From Candidatus Omnitrophota bacterium (GTDB lineage Bacteria; Omnitrophota; Gorgyraeia; Gygaellales; Profunditerraquicolaceae): 64,000 nucleotides of DNA. The position numbers and the translations under genes were made by a program. Where the stretch lies: assembly GCA_003598025.1 (NCBI GenBank), contig QZKH01000006.1:44035-108034 (forward strand), in the 5' to 3' direction. The notes under the pieces were generated by a model. It saw only the letters and a list, made by a program, of their open reading frames with translations. It made no database searches and was not told the origin of the DNA. Numbering within the stretch: the first letter of the stretch is position 1; every line of letters begins with the position of its first letter. Shown here piece after piece: positions 60,542-64,000 of the stretch.

Positions 60542-61974
60542 AATAATTGGCTTTTCTGTTTTAAATCCACTAGGAATTTAACGAAAGCCTCTTCTTTCTT
60601 CTTCATCAAGAGTTGCTGCTGGAATTCTTCTTTAACTTCATTAAATTTCTGCTGGTCAATAGAAGTTGATGACTTTAGCCTTATCAGAAAATACCCGGAA
60701 GGCATTGATATTACATCGCTTATCTGATTATCTTTGAGGCTTCTGGCTTTAAGCCAGAAATTGTCGGAAGCACCTATACCTTCTATATAGCTGCCGAATT
60801 TAAACATATCCGTTGCGCCGTATTTTAATCCTATCTCTTTTGCAGTTTTCTCGAAGTTATTTAATTTTGCCGCCTCTTTGTCTGTTAAAAGCGATTCTTT
60901 AGCCTTTGTTATTTTATTTCTGGCAATATTAGCAGAGGCGTCTTTTACAAATCTTGATTTTACCGTATCCCCAATGTCTTTGAATAGCGGTATATAAGGA
61001 TCTTTTTTCCCTTTTAATCTCAATATAAAGAAGCTTTGCCCGCTCAGCAAGGGCTGAGTGAAATCCCCGGCTTTTAGCTGAGCGATCATATTGGCCAGTT
61101 CTGGAGCCCAGCCAAATCCCGGGATACCCTCGGCAGGGAAGAAATAGCCTGTTTCTTTTATTTCCAGCCCTAACTCTTTAGCTATGCCAGCAAAACTTTT
61201 TTCATCTAACAGCCTGCGATAAATATTTTTTAGCTCATCTTCATTAACAGCTTTATCATTCAGTTTTTGAGGTATTTGGATATACTCAACGTCGTAAGAA
61301 GCAGGCTTTTTAAACAGGTCTTTGTTCTGTTCGTAGTATGATTTTATTTCCTCTTCTGTTGGATTAATCTGGTTTTCATATGCTTCAGGAAGGGCGGCAA
61401 GATAATAAACACTTATCTTCTCATTGGTTTTTGCATATTCTTCCTGTAGTTCTTTATCGGTTATTTCTATACTCTTGGTAACGTCATTATAAAGTTTAAA
61501 TATGGTAAGGTTTTGACGCACCTGTTCTTCAAATTCCCTGGGCGGCGTATTGAAGAGCTCATATTGCAAAGCCAAAGAATAAGTTTGCGGGTCGAACTGC
61601 CCGTTTTTTTGGAAGAGGGGGAATTTTTGTATCCAGTCTATCACTTCTTTATCATCTACTTTTATCCTGTGTTTTTTGGCTTCTAAGAGAAGCACAAGCC
61701 TTTCCCATGCCTGTCCCTCAAAATCGAACATATTCTTTATTTTGTCAAAGTTATCACCGTATTGAAGCAGCGCCAGGTTCCTGGAAGCTTTCATCGCATC
61801 CATGAAGTCCTGGGCAGATATTTTTTTTCCAAAAATCTTGCCTACGAAACCCGCTTTTTTTTGGTTATCAAATATTACCCCTGAGCCCCAGAAGACAAAC
61901 GCAGGGATTATTATTAAAGCCAGGACTATCCATATTTTTTTAGCCGTTTTTTTATCTCTTAATTGTTTAAGCAT
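60538..61974 (-). CDS. ppiD: PpiD/SurA-like periplasmic chaperone / peptidyl-prolyl isomerase with an N-terminal membrane anchor.
   Basis: N-terminal KKIWIVLALIIIPAFVFWG anchor. Long SurA-like chaperone region. A parvulin-like block near the C-terminus (GYFLIRL). Confidence 0.65.
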   Translation of the reverse strand: MLKQLRDKKTAKKIWIVLALIIIPAFVFWGSGVIFDNQKKAGFVGKIFGKKISAQDFMDAMKASRNLALLQYGDNFDKIKNMFDFEGQAWERLVLLLEAKKHRIKVDDKEVIDWIQKFPLFQKNGQFDPQTYSLALQYELFNTPPREFEEQVRQNLTIFKLYNDVTKSIEITDKELQEEYAKTNEKISVYYLAALPEAYENQINPTEEEIKSYYEQNKDLFKKPASYDVEYIQIPQKLNDKAVNEDELKNIYRRLLDEKSFAGIAKELGLEIKETGYFFPAEGIPGFGWAPELANMIAQLKAGDFTQPLLSGQSFFILRLKGKKDPYIPLFKDIGDTVKSRFVKDASANIARNKITKAKESLLTDKEAAKLNNFEKTAKEIGLKYGATDMFKFGSYIEGIGASDNFWLKARSLKDNQISDVISMPSGYFLIRLKSSTSIDQQKFNEVKEEFQQQLLMKKKEEAFVKFLVDLKQKSQLF

Positions 61975-61984
61975 CCTATCCTCC

Positions 61985-62110
61985 TAGCGTAGAAACGCAT
62001 ACCGAGCTATCCTTTAAGCACGGGTGTAGCGTAGAAACGCATACGTGTAGTAAACATGCACTGTGCCTTCCTGTGGGCACAGGTGCCGAGCTATCCTTTA
62101 AGCACGGGTG
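61985..62110. repeat. Pair of interleaved direct repeats upstream of ppiD (- strand): an 18-nt repeat (tagcgtagaaacgcatac, x2) and a 26-nt repeat (ccgagctatcctttaagcacgggtgt, x2), with a central hairpin (cactgtgcc..gggcacagg).
   Basis: Exact repeated strings at 61985-62002 / 62026-62043 and 62003-62028 / 62085-62110. Confidence 0.7.
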
Positions 62111-62194
62111 TTAATGAACTAAATAATTAGTTTAATAATTATATTCCAAAACAAGAGGAAAGGGAAGGAATAAAAAGTAGGCTTAAGCAGGAGT

Positions 62195-62273
62195 TAGTTC
62201 ATAGTTCATAGTTCAAAGTTCATAGAAATAGGCCGTATCCATGAACAATGAACCATCAACTATGAACTAAAAT
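62195..62273. repeat. Family-1 element, copy I, upstream of hisG.
   Basis: tagttcatagttcatagttcaaagttcatagaaataggccgtatccatgaacaatgaaccatcaactatgaactaaaat. Confidence 0.8.
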
Positions 62274-62357
62274 CATCTTTTTCCTTTACAAACTAAATCC
62301 CTGCAAGTATAATAACTTCGCTATAAAGAAAAATTCAAAAGGGGAGAGATTTAAGTT

Positions 62358-63251
62358 ATGGCGACAAAACAGGAGCAGGTGTTAAAATTAGGCTTGCCTA
62401 AGGGCAGCCTTCAGGAATCGACTTTCAGGATGTTCAAGAAGGCCGGATTTAATATCAATTTATCTTCGGAGAGGTCATATTTTCCTTCCATTGACGATCC
62501 TCAGATAAATGTAGTCCTGCTTAGAGCCCAAGAGATGTCCCGCTATATACAGGACGGCGCCTTGGATTGCGGAATAACGGGAAATGATTGGGTCATGGAG
62601 AATGATTCCGATGTAGTTACTATAACCGGGCTTATGTATGCTAAACAGAGCCTTAATAAGGTAAAATGGGTAGTAGCCGTCCCTATAGAGGCCGGGATAA
62701 CATCCATAAAACAACTTAACGGCAAGCGTATAGCTACAGAGCTGGTCAATGTAACAAAAAAATATTTTAAGAAGAATAAGATAGATGTAGATGTGGAATT
62801 CAGCTGGGGAGCTACTGAAGTAAAAGTTACCGCAGGTTTAGTCGATGCAATAGTAGAATTGACGGAAACAGGCAGGAGCTTAAAGGCGAATAAACTCATT
62901 CCGATCGATACAGTGTGCGAATCTACTACGCAGTTTATCGCAAATAAAGATTCTTATAAGGATAACTGGAAAAGAAGCAAGATGGAACAGATTGAGCTGC
63001 TGTTAAAAGGGGCTATAGCAGCCGAAGAGAAGGTCGGTATCAAGATGAACGTTAAAAAAGCTCAGCTTGATAAAGTAATTGCTTTGTTGCCGGCACTTAA
63101 AAAACCTACTATCTCTAATCTTTCTGAAGATGGCTGGTATGCTATCGACACGGTAATTGACGAGAGGGTAGTCCGGGTATTGATACCTCAGTTGAGGAAG
63201 GCAGGGGCTGAGGGGATTATAGAGTATCCGTTGAATAAGGTGATATATTAA
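62358..63251 (+). CDS. hisG: ATP phosphoribosyltransferase, long form with C-terminal regulatory domain.
   Basis: LKLGLPKGSLQE...DCGITGNDW N-terminus. 297 aa is consistent with long-form HisG. RBS AAAAGGGGAGAG. Confidence 0.9.
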   Translation: MATKQEQVLKLGLPKGSLQESTFRMFKKAGFNINLSSERSYFPSIDDPQINVVLLRAQEMSRYIQDGALDCGITGNDWVMENDSDVVTITGLMYAKQSLNKVKWVVAVPIEAGITSIKQLNGKRIATELVNVTKKYFKKNKIDVDVEFSWGATEVKVTAGLVDAIVELTETGRSLKANKLIPIDTVCESTTQFIANKDSYKDNWKRSKMEQIELLLKGAIAAEEKVGIKMNVKKAQLDKVIALLPALKKPTISNLSEDGWYAIDTVIDERVVRVLIPQLRKAGAEGIIEYPLNKVIY

Positions 63252-63253
63252 TT

Positions 63254-63317
63254 AGTTCACGGTTCATGGTTCACAGTTCACGGCTGTGAACTACGTTCTG
63301 TGCACTGTGAACTAATA
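63254..63317. repeat. Family-1 element, GTTCAC variant, copy J, between hisG and the micro-ORF.
   Basis: agttcacggttcatggttcacagttcacggctgtgaactacgttctgtgcactgtgaactaatat. Near-perfect long inverted repeat. Confidence 0.8.
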
Positions 63318-63339
63318 TTTTTATACGTGGAGGAATAAA

Positions 63340-63441
63340 ATGCCTTGCGGCAAGAAAAGAAAAAGAAGAAAAATAAGGACTCATAAGAGGAAAAAGGCGC
63401 GTCGTCGTCTTCGTCATCTCAAGAAGAGAGCCTGGAGTTAA
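63340..63441 (+). CDS. 33-aa Arg/Lys-rich micro-protein (MPCGKKRKRRKIRTHKRKKARRRLRHLKKRAWS). It is below the ORF-track size cut-off.
   Basis: GGAGG 7 nt upstream of the ATG. The composition resembles tiny ribosome-associated basic peptides. Preceded directly by a repeat element. Could also be noise. Confidence 0.35.
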   Translation: MPCGKKRKRRKIRTHKRKKARRRLRHLKKRAWS

Positions 63442-63509
63442 GCTTTTAGGCTTTTAGCCTTGGCCTCCGGTCATAATTCTTGAAATATCAAAATAATCCC
63501 TAATTCAGG

Positions 63510-64000
63510 ATGACATCTAAGCTTAGAAGATATGCTAGCGGAATATTTTTTTGCCTTCTGGCCGCATCCATAATTCTAAATAAAGCGTATGCTTTGGATA
63601 AAAAAACTTCATATGCGCTAAGCCATTATATTATGGCCGGCGTTTATGAAGGCTTAGATGAGATTGATAAGGCCATAAGCGAATATAATAAATCACTTAA
63701 GGCAGACCGTCAGAATTGCATAGTTTATTTGAGAATGGCGGTAAGCTATATAAAGCAGGATAAAAACGGGTTAGCCGTTGAAAAACTGAATGAAGCGATA
63801 AGCTGCGACCCTGACGGCGTTGAGCCGCATGTAATATTAGCGCTTCTTTATGCAGCAGATGATAAGATGGATTCTGCAACCAGCGAATATGAAATAGCGC
63901 TTAAAAATGCTTCTAAACTAGACCCTAAGAATATAGATATCTATAAGAATTTAGGGCTTATTTATTTCAGGCAGAATAAGCTCGATGCGGCGGAGAATAC
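63510..64000 (+). CDS. TPR-repeat protein with N-terminal signal peptide (partial; continues past the window end).
   Basis: The open frame from the ATG at 63510 runs to the window edge with no stop. FFCLLAASIILNKAYA signal-like segment, then TPR-like 34-aa repeats (AISEYNKSLKADRQN.., AISCDPDGVEPHV.., IDIYKNLGLIYFRQNKLDAAE). Confidence 0.6.
   Translation, partial: MTSKLRRYASGIFFCLLAASIILNKAYALDKKTSYALSHYIMAGVYEGLDEIDKAISEYNKSLKADRQNCIVYLRMAVSYIKQDKNGLAVEKLNEAISCDPDGVEPHVILALLYAADDKMDSATSEYEIALKNASKLDPKNIDIYKNLGLIYFRQNKLDAAEN

Noticed and set aside
62240-62270. Tiny ORF MNNEPSTMN (ATGAACAATGAACCATCAACTATGAACTAA) recurring in three repeat cores.
   Set aside because: It arises automatically because the repeat unit contains ATGAAC and the terminus contains TAA. 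There is no RBS. It is more parsimonious as coincidence than as a mobile micro-gene.
63254-63317. GTTCAC/GTGAAC units as LexA (Cheo-box GAAC-N4-GTTC) or CRP (TGTGA-N6-TCACA) sites.
   Set aside because: The spacing and orientation do not fit. Units are mostly direct repeats with 3-nt spacers, and the closest palindromes are GTTCA-G-TGAAC or GAAC-N3-GTTC rather than N4 or N6 spacing.

Overview
This window reads as one core-metabolism stretch of a low-GC (about 40%) bacterial chromosome, with essentially all genes on the + strand. Gram-negative envelope genes (lpxB, msbA-like ABC exporter, PpiD-like chaperone, prepilin peptidase) sit alongside anaerobe-type genes (four-subunit 2-oxoacid:ferredoxin oxidoreductase, ferredoxin, ferritin-like protein). 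Lineage cannot be named from sequence alone; an uncultivated anaerobic didermic phylum is an inference. Gene content in order: glutamate synthase gltB (3' part) and gltD; a standalone GltS FMN-domain paralog; a DUF3391/HEAT protein plus an HD-GYP phosphodiesterase; pyrG; DUF1846; carA; the N-terminal half of a split carB; a beta-CASP RNase; rpmA; an M48 peptidase; a convergent tandem HD-GYP protein; lpxB and a Gfo/Idh/MocA oxidoreductase (- strand) divergent from the msbA-like exporter; rpsB-tsf-pyrH-frr; three tRNAs (Lys-UUU, Leu-UAG, Gly-GCC); ptsN-yvcK-ptsH-ptsI; a nucleotidyltransferase-metK-ahcY methyl-cycle block; pfkA and a long class II aldolase; ilvD-ilvB-ilvN-ilvC-leuA-aroE; pilD; malQ; a ttcA-like tRNA thiolase; rmuC; DUF167; pgeF; a flavodoxin-like protein; cutA; ccdA-tlpA; a LUD-domain protein; ybaB; a MetE-like protein; a GT39/83-like membrane glycosyltransferase; porGDAB; hisG; and a partial TPR protein. 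No CRISPR array, integrase, transposase or recognisable defence cassette is present. The main unexplained signal is an unusually dense family of intergenic palindromic repeats built from tandem GTTCAY/RTGAAC units (at least 10 copies), sometimes fused to a second repeat (CACAAGGACACAAAG...CGCTATACGCAATACG). These elements abut start codons of gltB-like, pyrG, ilvD, ilvN (inside the ilvB-ilvN operon), leuA, rmuC, hisG and a 33-aa Arg/Lys-rich micro-ORF, and they bracket an AT-rich orphan ORF inserted between gltD and the gltB paralog. Other points of interest: a two-gene DUF3391/HEAT + HD-GYP module with overlapping frames, a tandem HD-GYP protein, a terminator hairpin inside the pyrG leader (candidate attenuator), a split carB, DUF1846 embedded among pyrimidine genes, a truncated pseudo-receiver coupled to the M48 protease, and a 20-nt duplication of the tRNA-Lys 5' end.
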